From: the human T2T-CHM13v2.0 reference genome, Homo sapiens
Assembly (NCBI RefSeq): GCF_009914755.1
Contig: NC_060927.1
Strand: one strand, 5' to 3'
DNA: 64,000 nucleotides
Position numbers and translations under genes: made by a program. Under the pieces are notes generated by a model. The model searched no databases and had not been told where the DNA came from. It was given only the letters and a program-made list of their open reading frames with translations. Below, one piece after another: positions 19,995 through 37,510 of the stretch (positions within the stretch are counted from its first letter, which is position 1; every line of letters begins with the position of its first letter).

Positions 19995-20490
19995 GGAGTT
20001 GCAGTTTCAAACAACACTTATTCATTGTCTCACAGTTTCTGTGGGCCAGGAGTCCAGCCATGGCTTAAGACCAGGTCCTCTGCTCCGGGTCTCACGAGAC
20101 TACAAGGAAGGTGCCATCTAGGGTGTGTTTTCATCTGAATGCCTAACTAAGGAAAAATCCACTTCATTCAGGTTCATTCAGGTTTTTAAAAGAATCCATT
20201 TCTGTGTGATTGTCCCACTGACAGGTCCCAGCTTTTTACTAGCTGTTGCTTGGAGGCTAACCTCAGGTTTTACAGGCTACGCTCATATCTCTGCCATGAG
20301 GCCTTCTGCATAGGCAATTCATAACACAGCTGCCTGTTTCCTCACAGCCAGCAAGAGAATCTGTCTCCTGTCTGCTAAAGTGGAGTTTCATGCATCGTAA
20401 TATGGTCATGGGAGTAATAGCCCGTCACCTCTGCCATTTTTCTGTTGGTTAGAATAAAGGCACAGGTTTTCCCCACACTCAGGAAGAACC
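19995..20490 (-). mobile_element. MLT1-family LTR (ERVL-MaLR) inside the insertion
   Basis: aaacaacacttattcattgtctcacagtttctgtgggccaggagtcc...agaatccatttc. Confidence 0.7.
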
Positions 20491-20559
20491 CATGATATAA
20501 AGGCTTTCAGTAAAGGAGACGACAAACAGAATATGGAATGATCAGAATTACTCTTATGA

Positions 20560-20730
20560 CCCAGACCAAGAACATCAGCATTACCTACGAATTTATTGGA
20601 AATTCAAATTCTCCTGTTTCACCCCAGGCCTGTTAAATCAGAAACTTTAAAAGCGAGCCCAGCATTCTGTGGTTTAACAGATCCTTCAGGTGATTCTGAC
20701 ACCTGCTGAATTTTGAGAACCACTGGTCTA
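20560..20730. mobile_element. MER5A-like element inside the insertion
   Basis: ...tttaacagatccttcaggtgattctga...ttgagaaccactggtctag. Confidence 0.75.
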
Positions 20731-22715
20731 GAGGCAGGCAGGTCTTGCTCCCCTAGGAGTTAAGTTTGATGTATCTTCTGGTAATACTGAGAAATGAGCT
20801 GGGAAATGGTTCCAAAATCAGATTATCCTCCCCAGGATTAACAAGACTCATACTTGCAAAAGAGAGTGAAGAAGAGAAACTAAAAAAAGCAAGAGGCTGT
20901 GTGTGAAGCTAGATTCAAACAGTTAAAGACAGCAACACATGGCAAAGGATGGGAATTTGAGGAAGTGGGTAGTGAAAGCAATTCTTGAGCTAAATTACAA
21001 GAAAACACGGTGAATTTGTATCTGTTTCCTATATTTAGGGGGCTGGCTTAAACGTTAGTGATACATTTGGGGAGTAGAAAATGGATGTTGGTGTGAAGTT
21101 CTTAAGTTTTGGACAAGGAACCCTGTATTTTCATTTTTCTCTGAGCCCCATGAATTATGTAGACAGTCCTGCTTCGAAGTTATTATTTATACAATTCATT
21201 ATAGAGAAAGTCCTTGGGAACCTTAACTTTGAGTGAGGATTGCTTGAGTTAGTTTTTCTTACCAGCCACTCCATGATACTCTTTGTTTTTTCCAGGTTAG
21301 ATGATCGAGTTTTATTATGACTGAATCTGCACCTGCAAAATTAATTCTGATTAATTAATTTAATAATTAAATTCTGATGATTTCTCTCTGATGGTTTGGG
21401 TGTGGGCTCTTAAAGAGGGTCTTTTTTTGCAAGAGGATATAACAATAATCAGGTTAATTAAAAAAATAAGGCTCTCACCCTTTCATTTTTGAGTGGCATG
21501 CCATGCACCCCTTATCAGCATGTGAGTATGCTTTTCATGTGGTCGTGGTTGGGTTTCATTAAGTGTAATTTGGCATGTGTTCAACCAGCATTCAGGTGGC
21601 TCTTGGTGGGTGGCTGGGGAGACACCAAGATGCAGATAGCTCAGTCACTCCTCAACAAGCGGCTTAGTTCTGGAATGAGGTGGGAGGCCAAGGAACTCAC
21701 ACATAAATGCTGGTGGGAGTGAAGTGCCACCAGCTGTAGAATCTGGTGTCAGAATGATGAGCCAGGAGTTATCCCACAGGAGGATGGGTGAAGGTCTTCC
21801 CATCAAAGGGATAGAGAACATGTGAAGAGGTCCAGGGGCTCAGGGCAAGATGTAGTCCAGGAACAAGGAGTCTTTGAGCCTGCAGTATGGTGGGTGGAAG
21901 TGGCAAGAGTGGAAAGCGGATTGGATGGGGGTTATGTAGGTTCTGAGGTGCTGTGTATGTTTAAGGAGCTGATTGTGTGCAGCGGGAACCCTGGTGAATT
22001 TGGAAGCACAGAGGCACCTGACGAGAAAGATGGTTCTGGGGTTATGTGAACAGTGATTCGGCTTCAAGGCTATCAAAGACAAAAATGTTTATTGGGAGGG
22101 TATAGAAAAGGGTTTGCCAAAAGAGTTAGGTAGGGATAGAATTGACACATTGTGGAAACTATACCCAGAGTTTAAGAGGTGGAGTCCAGGATAGTGCCCA
22201 TGTTTGTAGCTTGGGGTCCTGGTAGAATGGGAGCTGGCTATGGAGTATCTTTGTTGGAGAGTGGGTATAGGGAAACGGAGAGAGAGAGAAAGTTGCAGGG
22301 GGTGCGGGAGATGGATAGCTGCAGAGAAGGCAAGGGCAGGGAAAGTGGAAACAAATGGCAGTGAGACTCCTGGAAGGTGCTGGCCAGGGGCATGGCATGG
22401 CATGTTCTGTTAAGCAAGGAAAGGACTAGAAAGGGGCCATGATTTTGGCTGGGCACTTATCCTCCTCACAACAGGACGCATTTGTGTCATGGCTTACTCT
22501 TAAGAATGACTGACGTGTCAGAATAGCAAATATGAAAATGATTGATAACACCTAGCATTGGTGAGATTTGCAGGGATAACTAGCTGGCCTCTTAAATCTA
22601 TAGATAGGAATGTAAACAGAAACAAACTTTTTATAGGGAAAAGATATCTAGGACATAATGATTAATGAAAAGAAAAAAATTCCTACCTATCGAAAAACGT
22701 GAATTCAGGCAGCAA

Positions 22716-22767
22716 ACACACATGCATGTATACACATACACACGTGCACACACGCATACACACACAA
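22716..22767. repeat. (CA)-rich alternating purine/pyrimidine tract
   Basis: acacacatgcatgtatacacatacacacgtgcacacacgcatacacacaca. Confidence 0.75.
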
Positions 22768-22853
22768 TCTGGTAGGCTGTATACTACCAGTTTAGCAGGT
22801 TGTTACCTCTGGGATGCAGTCACTCCTTTTTGTTGTGTATATTTGTGAAATGA

Positions 22854-23156
<303 letters not shown>

Positions 23157-23395
23157 ATTATTATGGAAAATTTTAGGCATATACAAAAGTAGAGACAGTG
23201 GTGTCTTACATGCTCATGAACCCATGATCCAGTGACATCCGTTAATGGCATTTTGGAATCATATTTCATCTGTTTTTGTACTCAAATGTTTTGAAGCAAA
23301 TTTCAGCATTACATCATTTCACTCTTAAATATCTCAGTATGGTTCTCTAATAGTTGAAGACTCCATTTACATTTATATAAGGAGCATAATTTACA
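23157..23395 (-). mobile_element. Old L1 (L1MC/ME-like) 3' fragment
   Basis: attatggaaaattttaggcatatacaaaagtagaga...ttttgaagcaaat. Confidence 0.55.
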
Positions 23396-23441
23396 CTTGT
23401 GTAACCCAAAGGAATGACCAAGCCTGTGCTTCTCTCCCCAG

Positions 23442-23690
23442 ATAGCAAAGCCATTGTGGATGGGAACCTGAAGCTCATCTTGGGTCTGGTGTGGACGCTG
23501 ATCCTCCACTACTCCATCTCCATGCCCGTGTGGGAGGATGAAGGGGATGATGATGCCAAGAAGCAGACGCCAAAGCAGAGGCTGCTGGGGTGGATTCAGA
23601 ACAAGATCCCCTACTTGCCCATCACCAACTTTAACCAGAACTGGCAAGACGGCAAAGCCCTGGGAGCCCTGGTAGACAGCTGTGCTCCAG
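23442..23690 (+). CDS. FLNB: Filamin B exon 2 (end of CH1, start of CH2), 249 nt
   Basis: ctccccag|ATAGCAAAG...GCTCCAG|gtaagt; encodes [11 protein letters not shown]...ALVDSCAP. Confidence 0.98.
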
Positions 23691-24596
23691 GTAAGTGGCC
23701 AGGGCTGCCTAAACCATCTGTCCAGGATGGGGGTGTGTGGGTCCCAAACATTCTGGTTTTCAACGGGAATGCTATCTTTGCTTTGATTAGCGTATTTCTC
23801 CAGGTCTTAGCCCATTATAAGCCCATTATAAGGAAACTAAAACTGGCTCTGTGTACCCTTCCAAGGGCAGATTTTCTAGGTATATCCATAGACATGTTTG
23901 AGCATCAAGTTGAGTCTTTTATCCAAATTCCAATGAAGGAGTTGGTGCTTAGAAGCAAGACTTGGGTTTAGGTTCCAGACTCCAAAATCCTGTGTCTTCC
24001 CACATTGGTGCTCAGTTTCTCATTGGATTTGGAGAAACATTTGGTCCTATTAGGTGGCTTGGCATGAAAATCTGAAAACTTCCATGGAGTGGAAAGTACC
24101 CATTTTTATTAACCACTGGTTTGACTATATATGGCATTCTCCACCCTTTTCTTTCTGTGTTGCTGTGAAATAGCATTTGGTCAGGATCCAGTTGGAGCCT
24201 TTTCCACCCTTGATGGGCTGCTCATTTCTTAGTGGTTGAGTGTATATGAAGGTTGTAATTATTCCCACTGGAGGGTTTAGATTGATGGGTAGAGTTTGCT
24301 GGTACACACTCAGTAGAAAGACCAGAGTCAGAGTTTACACACACCCCCTAAAGTTGATTTTAATAAAAAAAAAAGGTATTAATCATATTTTCCATTTACT
24401 GTGTATTCTGTATTTACTGGGCACATTAGTATTTAGTTAGTTAGTGGTTCTTGACATACTCAAAGCAGAACTAGTGTCAGTTGGGTAGGGGAGGGCTGAA
24501 GGCCTCATTCTTACTTGAGAGCCTATAAGTTGGTGTCATCCAGGAAAAATTCAAAGTGCAGCATTAATTGATTTCCTAATATCCTCTTCTTTACTT

Positions 24597-24606
24597 CCAT
24601 TTAAGG
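24597..24606. promoter_or_regulatory. CArG box CCATTTAAGG upstream of the candidate internal first exon
   Basis: Perfect CC(A/T)6GG; motif only. Confidence 0.35.
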
Positions 24607-24881
24607 ACACATTTTAGGATACCTCTTTCCAATTTAAACCTGGGAGTTTTTACTCTAGTCCTTTACCTCATGTGCTTACAAAGGCTTTTAAGATAATTCT
24701 AGGTTTGTGCCTTTGAGCAAGTGGATTTTTGAATCACACAGGATGCTATTCTAGACTTTTTAGATATATCCAGGAATAGAGTAAAAAATAAAATCCCTCC
24801 TGCATAAAGGCACCAGGCTTTTTCCAAGCTTTGTTTATTTTTTAACACCACTTCTTCAAGGAATGGATAATCCCCATCTTC

Positions 24882-24915
24882 ATGCAAGAACATAGCACCC
24901 GGAGGAGAAGTCTCA
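24882..24915 (+). CDS. FLNB: Candidate alternative first coding exon in intron 2 (MQEHSTRRRSL, then S on splicing to exon 3)
   Basis: ATG CAA GAA CAT AGC ACC CGG AGG AGA AGT CTC A|gtaatg. The phase-1 donor matches the exon 3 acceptor. The peptide matches my recollection of an N-terminally truncated FLNB isoform (not verified). The donor is weak. Confidence 0.6.
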
Positions 24916-25112
24916 GTAATGGAGGATAGTTTACACCCTGGCACACTCATACCTGTGATACTTTTTGCCTATTAAATATATGATTTGCTCAGATTTTAGG
25001 AAAAAATCATTCTCTGAACTAAAAGAAAAAATGGGGTTAGTTTAGGCACATGGTTTCCTTTAATCTCTTTGGTCAGCTAATGCTAAAAGAATCTTTTGTG
25101 TTCTGTTAACAG

Positions 25113-25210
25113 GTCTGTGCCCAGACTGGGAATCCTGGGACCCGCAGAAGCCTGTGGATAATGCACGAGAAGCCATGCAGCAGGCAGATGACTGGCTGGG
25201 TGTCCCACAG
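25113..25210 (+). CDS. FLNB: Filamin B exon 3 (CH2), 98 nt
   Basis: ttaacag|GTCTGTGC...CCACAG|gtatgc; [32 protein letters not shown]. Confidence 0.98.
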
Positions 25211-25617
25211 GTATGCACAAGTGTGCCAGGTCCTGTGAGGCTGCCCCCACCCACTAGCTTGTTCTGTGGATGCCTTCCCGGGTCAGGCAGCCCGACCTTC
25301 TTGGCATTGAGACTTCAGAGAGCATTGCCTGTGATGCTCTCTCATCTTCCTCAGTTTACCCATAATAATAGTAGGTTCTCATTGACTCAGGTGCTTATAG
25401 ATCTTAGTGTGTTGGTTTAATGTAGATCATCCAGAAATTTTCATGTCACTCTTCTTTGTCACACACTGGCAAATTTTCTAGTATTTCTTCTCTAAATATT
25501 TTGAAGACTACCTTTAAACCCCAGACTACAAATATGGACCCTAACTATTAGGTTGAGCCATAAGAAATTGATAGTATTTGACCATTTTTCAATCTACATT
25601 TTAAAAGGTAATTTTAA

Positions 25618-27491
<1,874 letters not shown>

Positions 27492-28025
27492 TCCCTATTT
27501 TTTTAATGGCTCCTAATATATTGAGATCACATATCTAATATTTACATGTTATTTCTTTTTTATTTACCTTTTTTAATTAGTAGAGTTAATACAGATACAG
27601 ACCATGAGTATACAAGCAAAGGAAAAAGCTGGTTAACCTGTGCACTTTTTTGTAACATGCTCTAATCCCATGTGTGCTTGTTTCTTCATTTTCCTGCCTT
27701 GCTATAGCTTATCCTTTTATCATTTTTGAAATTTTGACCAGAGGAGTAAATGGACTTTTGGGGAATGGGGAGGACAATGAACTTTTGGAAGTTACATGCA
27801 GAATTTTTTGGAGAGGGGCCCCTAGCTTTCAAAGGGGTCTGCAATTTCTCAAAAATGGTTAAAAACACTGATATTGGTGTGTTGGTTTAAAGTAATTTCA
27901 CTTAATTGAGAAGCTGACTCAGTTTCTTAATATTTGTAGTGCTTGGTTTAAGAGGCATTTGCAAACACTTCAATAGTTGCAAAGTGATGTGTTCTGGGTG
28001 TTCATCCACCATGTCATTATCCTAG

Positions 28026-28173
28026 GTCATCACTCCTGAAGAAATCATTCACCCGGATGTGGACGAGCACTCAGTTATGACTTACCTGTCCCAGTTCCCC
28101 AAAGCCAAGCTCAAGCCGGGGGCTCCTCTCAAACCCAAACTCAACCCGAAGAAAGCCAGGGCCTATGGCAGAG
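28026..28173 (+). CDS. FLNB: Filamin B exon 4 (end of CH2, linker), 148 nt
   Basis: cctag|GTCATC...GGCAGAG|gtgagt; [49 protein letters not shown]. Confidence 0.98.
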
Positions 28174-28875
28174 GTGAGTGCTGGTCCTCTGGTGTTGTAT
28201 TGGAGACATGTCCTCTGGTGTTGGAGATGATTTCATGGCTTCAAGAGTGATGTTCTTAGAATCAAAAATAGATAGGTGTAATCCTCAAAGAGACCCCAAG
28301 CCTCCTTTGTAACACATTTTATGACTGTTTTATTCTGCCTTGTTTTTCTAAGGCTTTAAGAAATGTTTCTGCTTAGATGGAAAGGGCAAGTTTGCTGCTT
28401 GGTGATTTTAGTGCAGTAGCCCATTGCTCCCATTTTTCAGAAGAGGAATCGCGGGGTAGGGAGTTGGGGGAGTTTGGTCTTGCCCCAGATCACCACAGTC
28501 AGTGATGGGGGTGGGCCATCTGGCTGCTGATTCATTTCTCCTTCTGTTACACTAAGCCTGCCTCAGATTTCCAGCCGGAGTGGGAGCTATTGTTAACCCC
28601 TGGCAGATACTTCCTTGCTAAGACATCCTGTTTATGACTGCGAGGCAGCTGCGGAACACCGTTTTGCTCGGAACATTATAGTGGGTAGAAGCCATTTCAA
28701 GGCATTTGGTGTTGTGATTGGCACCTGACTTCAAGCACACTAGCTTTGTGAAGAGAACAGTTACATGGCTGCAAAGTGTGGTTTCTGGTGAAGATCAACA
28801 TGGCCAGATACAACTTAATGCCTTTTCTATGGGGGAGGGGAAGGAGTGCATTTTATTTCTCATTTTTCATAATTA

Positions 28876-29720
<845 letters not shown>

Positions 29721-29729
29721 TCCCTTTGA

Positions 29730-30035
<306 letters not shown>

Positions 30036-30307
30036 TAAGACGACACATGGCTAGGGCAGTGATGCTGACCACGTGCTGTTCTCACCTCAGTGGTCGGGTC
30101 TTCTCATCTGACTTTTTGGGCATGATTTAGACCGGCAGATAGTTCTGGAACAAACCCCTTACCATTTGAGGTTCCGTTTGCAGTGGGTTGTGAGGTGTGT
30201 GAGACATCACTTGTGTTATGTAGGGACTAGGGACTTCAAAGCCCTCCTCCCATTCACAGTCACTTGAAGGCTGGCATGTCCTCACTTTCTTTAAAAGTGC
30301 TTTCTTT

Positions 30308-30675
<368 letters not shown>

Positions 30676-30989
30676 TTAATGACAAAACAGTTGCAAACAA
30701 CCAATTAAATCCTTTGTCAACCAGATTGGTCAAATGGACTGAATCTAATCAAGGCATAGTGTATGTTTGTAATAACCTTATCACTGGCCATCCGGCTTCC
30801 CTGTTGTTAATGTGAGACGGTTTCCTTTCACGGTGCTATTTTCTAGAAAATGATCACTTGTTATGGTTCAGGAATGTGGCTGGTCATTGCCATTTCCTTC
30901 ATCTGCCTCTTAGCAAGTGTGGTGCACTTGTAGAGGAAACACACCCTTTTAAAAAAAAATTTTTTTTTTATATGTGTGCTTTTTGCATT

Positions 30990-31635
30990 TTTTTAATTGT
31001 GGGAAAATATCCATAACATAAAATTCACTATTTTAACCATTTTTAAGTGTGGCATTAAGTGTATTCACGTTGTTGTGCAACCGCCACTGCTATCCATCTC
31101 CAGAACTTTTTCAACTTCCCAAACTGAAACTCCATACTCATTAAACAATAGCGCCCCATTCTCCCCTCTCCTCTGCTCCTGGTAACCTTTATTCTACTCC
31201 CTGTCTCTATGAATTTGCTTATTCTAGGGACCTCCTAGAAGTGAAATCATATGCTGTCTGTTAGGTACCTCCTAGAAGTGGAATCATACGCTGTCTGTTA
31301 GGTACCTCCTAGAAGTAGAATCATATGCTGTCTTTTTTTCTCTGGCTTACTTCATTTGTCATATGTTTTCAGGGTTCACCATGTTGTAGCATGTGTTAGA
31401 ATTTCATTCCTTTTTAAGGCTGAATAATATTCCTTTGTACGTGTATATCACATTTTGCTTATACATTCGTCTGCTGATAGACATTTGGGTTGTTACATTC
31501 TTTTGGCTATTGTGAATAATGCTGCTATGAAAACATGGGTGTACAAGTGCTGTTTGAGACCCTGCTTTCAATTCTTTTAGGGATATACCCAGAAGTGGAA
31601 TTGGTGGATCATATGGTAATTCTATATGCAGCTTA
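30990..31635 (-). mobile_element. L1MB-like 3' end
   Basis: ataacataaaattcactattttaaccatttttaagtg...ggatcatatggtaattctat. Confidence 0.8.
31225..31333. repeat. 37-bp tandem repeat, about 2.9 copies, inside the L1
   Basis: cctcctagaagt..aatcata.gctgtctgttaggta starting at 31231, 31268, 31305. Confidence 0.9.
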
Positions 31636-32390
31636 TTTTTCAGGAGGAAGTGGCCTCACTCTGCTTTTTAAAGTAGGAAGACAAAATGGTCATATTAGGT
31701 GACAGGGTCACAAGGCCACATGGGTGGGGCTGTGAGATATGTCCCTGTCATGTGGTTAGATGAAAGCCGGGGTCAGTTTTGGTCTTCTCTGTGTGACCAC
31801 ATTGCTTCATTTCTGCCACCTGAGCCCAGGAAGAGAGACCGTTTCATCTTCTAGTTTCTAAAAGATTTGAAAGTGTTGTTTTATTTTTTATTTCCTGATT
31901 GTTTAATAGATGCCAGTTGCCAGCCAGTTAGCATTTGTTGATCCATTCACTGAGTCCCACCTTGCTTAGTTCTAGTGGGTTGAAAGGAGAGAGGGCTGGG
32001 GTGAGGTGGACCTCCAGCCACAAACAGATCTTTGTGGTGGGCTTCCTTGCAGGGTTAGCTATGTGAAAAGCATTCGTCCATGAGCTAATCAGAAATCTTT
32101 GTAAAAATCTAGTTCTCTATGAAGCATTTACTGTAGAGCAATCCTTAAGCACCCTTCTATCTGAGTAATCAGAGGGGTACCAGTTGTCTCCTTTCATGGT
32201 AAGCAAAGCTCCGCAGAAGTTTACAGAGTTGGGGTGTGGTTCAACTTTCTAACCAGCCATGGTTAGCCACAGGTGACCAACCCAAGCCCAGACCTTTGAC
32301 AAGCTGCAGAGTAAGTTGTTTCTTAGGCTGCTGGAGTCACACGAAGTGGAACTTTTAGTATTTTAGGTGCATGTTTATTTACTTACTTAT

Positions 32391-32697
32391 TTTTGTTGTT
32401 GTCGTTTTCAGATAGAGTCTCACTCTCTCTCTCTGTGTGTGGAGTGTCGTGATGCCATCACGGCTAACTGCAGCCTTGACCTTCTGGGCTCAAGTGATTC
32501 TCCCTCCTCAGCTTCCCTAGTAGTTCGGACCACAGGTGTGCACCACCATGTCCAGCTTTTTTTTTTTTAATATTTTAGTTTGAGACCAGCCTGGCCATGT
32601 TGCCCAGGCTGGTCTCAAAATCCTGAGCTCAAGCAATCCCCCTGCCTTGGCCCCCTCAAAGTGCTGGGATTACAGGCATGAGCCACCATGCTTGGCT
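32391..32697 (-). mobile_element. AluJ-like
   Basis: Diverged antisense body. Confidence 0.85.
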
Positions 32698-33039
32698 ATT
32701 AGGTGTATGTTTAAATCCATTTGCTTATATCAGTTACATAACCTGAGTGTTATGTAAATCTTAAGCAAAAGAAAAATATATGAAATAAAAATTGAAACTC
32801 ACTTCCCAACTGCCAATCTCATTCCTGCCTTCAAAGTTTCAGGTATTTATTTCTAGCCTTTTTCTATGCTGAGTTAAACTGTGTATCTTCTTTGCTTTGC
32901 ATTTCTTACTGAGCAGTGTGGGAAGGCTACCTTTTAAAATTTATTTGTAGTTCTTTATAATTTTTACCTTTCTTTTTAGGCAGAAAGATTATCTTATTAT
33001 ATAACAGTCTACGGCCATTTTTTCTTAAACTAAATTATT

Positions 33040-34776
<1,737 letters not shown>

Positions 34777-35753
34777 TAATATTTGGACTTCTGCTCCTGG
34801 GAAGATGGAATAGGACTTTTCCTAATTCTTTCTTCTAACTACAACTAAAACCCCTGGGCTATACATAAGGAAAACACAGGGAGCCTCTGAAAAAGGATGA
34901 GGCAGACCAACCAGGGATCTTGGGACTCGAGGAATGACACAGTACTGAGTTCCTTGGGTTTACTTTGCTTTATATATCCCAGACTTGGAGCCAAAGAAAG
35001 AAGCTGACAACCTGAAAATGCCAGTGGGCACAAACACAGAAAGTGCCAACAAAAGCTCCCCTGTCCAGCCAGAAGACCAGGAAAGGGCAGCCCAGTGAGG
35101 CAGAAAACTTAAAGAGTCACTGCTCTACTCCAGGTCCACACCATAGAAAAAACTATGCAGCCCCACACTTACACCCGCAGAGGTGAATGGGGAGCCTAGG
35201 CTTTGACAACAGTCTAGCAATAAGGAAGCCACTCTCCGGGGCCATGGAGGAGCAGTAATGAGGCACTCCTACTTCCTCCAGCCAGAACTCCCACCTTCAC
35301 GCACCAGTAATGAGCCCCCCAATCTTGAGCATCAGTCGAGGTTGAATGGAGAGCCTAGACTTCTTCCCCCACTGTTAGTAACAAGGTGTGTACCCTTCCC
35401 TCCCCTGCCACAGTGGTATCATAAAATGCCAGCTACAACAGAACATTTACAGAAGACCCAGAGTCTCATTACATGATACCCCAAATATCCAGTTTCAAAA
35501 AAAAAAAGAAATCACTTGTCATACCAAGAACCAGGAAGATCTCAAACTGAATGAAAAAGACAGTTGATGCCAACACTGAGGTGATAGAGATGTTAGAATC
35601 CTATGACAAAAATTTTAAAGCAGCCATTAAAAAAGGCTTCAGTAGCCAGGCGTGGTGGCTCACTTTGGGAGGCTTGTAATCCCAGGACTTTGGGAGGCCG
35701 AGGCGGGCAGATCACCTGAGGTCAGGAATTCGATACCAGCCTGACCAACCTTA

Positions 35754-35976
<223 letters not shown>

Positions 35977-36104
35977 TCATGAAAAAAATGAAAAAATTAA
36001 AAATCTCAACAAAGAAATACAATGTCCCAGCAAAATAATAATAAAAATTTAGGAGATAAAAAGAACCAAATGGACATTTTAGAATTGGAAATTGCAGTAA
36101 CTGA

Positions 36105-36395
<291 letters not shown>

Positions 36396-36489
36396 TGAAC
36401 TCCTGACCTTAGGTGATCCACCTCGGTAATCCACCTTAGGTGATCCAAAGTGCTGGGATTACAGGTGTGAGCCACTGGACCCGGCCTCT

Positions 36490-37070
36490 GTAAGCTTTTT
36501 TCTGTGTTTAAAACTTTTCATTTTTGTACTTTTAAAACTTTTTTTTTTTTTAAACACACACATTAGTCTAGACTTACACAGGGTCAGGATCATCATTATC
36601 ACTATCTTCCACCTCCAAATCCTGTCCCACTGTCCCACTGGTAGGTCGTCAAGAGCAGTAATGTGTGGAACCGCCGTCTCCTATAATAACAATGCCTTCT
36701 TCTAGAATATTTCCTGAAGGACTTGCTTGAGGCTGCTTTACAGTTAACTTAATTTTTAAATAGAAGATGCCCACTCTAAAATATAATGATAAAAAGTATA
36801 GCATATTAAATACATAAACCAGTAGCATTGTCATTTATCATCAAGTATTATGTATTGAACATAATTGTCTGTGCTATATATGTTTCTATGGCCGGTAGCC
36901 CAGTGGGTTTGTTTATACCAGCATCATCACAAATACATGAGTAATGCGATGCGTTACTGTGACGTCAGTAGGCAACAGGAATTTTTTGGCTCTATTTATA
37001 ATCTTACGGGACCATCATTGTATGTGTGGACTATTTTTGACTGAAACTTCATTATTTAGCAAATGACTAT
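36490..37070. mobile_element. Tigger3/GOLEM-like TcMar fragment
   Basis: aaacacacacattagtctagacttacacagggtcaggatcatc...ataatcttacgggaccatcattgtat. Confidence 0.75.
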
Positions 37071-37279
37071 ATTAGCAAATAAAATTGAGCTGTATATAAT
37101 GAAGAAGTATGCATTATAACCAAGTGGGGTTTATTGCAGGGATGCAAGGCCTGGTTCACTATTAGAAAATCAGTCAACAGCCTGGCTCGGTGGCTCACGC
37201 CTGTAATCCCAGCACTTTGGGAGGCCGAGGTGGGCGATGGGCGGATCATGAGGTCAGGAGATCAAGACCATCCTGGCTA

Positions 37280-37510
<231 letters not shown>

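Larger units (their letters stand above)
19971..21093 (-). mobile_element. Poly(A)-tailed retroposed segment with no L1/Alu body (orphan transduction or retrocopy of a non-coding 3' end)
   Basis: T16 at 19971-19986; TSD TGAAGTTCTTAA at 19959-19970 and 21094-21105. Confidence 0.65.
19880..21171 (+). mobile_element. MER91A-like hAT MITE split into 19880-19970 and 21094-21171 by a 1.1-kb insertion
   Basis: Left half agggctggcttcatg...gtcttgaagttcttaa; right half tgaagttcttaagttttggacaagg...tatgtagacagtcctg. Confidence 0.75.

Noticed and set aside
23309-23647. Antisense ORFs over exons (also 45079-45324 and 58586-59029)
   Set aside because: Shadow frames of coding exons with no independent support.
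23414-23971. 185-aa ORF as a stand-alone gene
   Set aside because: It is FLNB exon 2 with read-through into both introns. The same applies to the ORFs over exons 7-9, 16 and 18.
28184-28227. Short tandem duplication after the exon 4 donor (also 23810-23832)
   Set aside because: Ordinary slippage-type duplications with no apparent effect on splice signals.
31225-31333. 37-bp repeats resembling a CRISPR array
   Set aside because: Head-to-tail copies with no spacers, L1-derived, in a eukaryotic intron.
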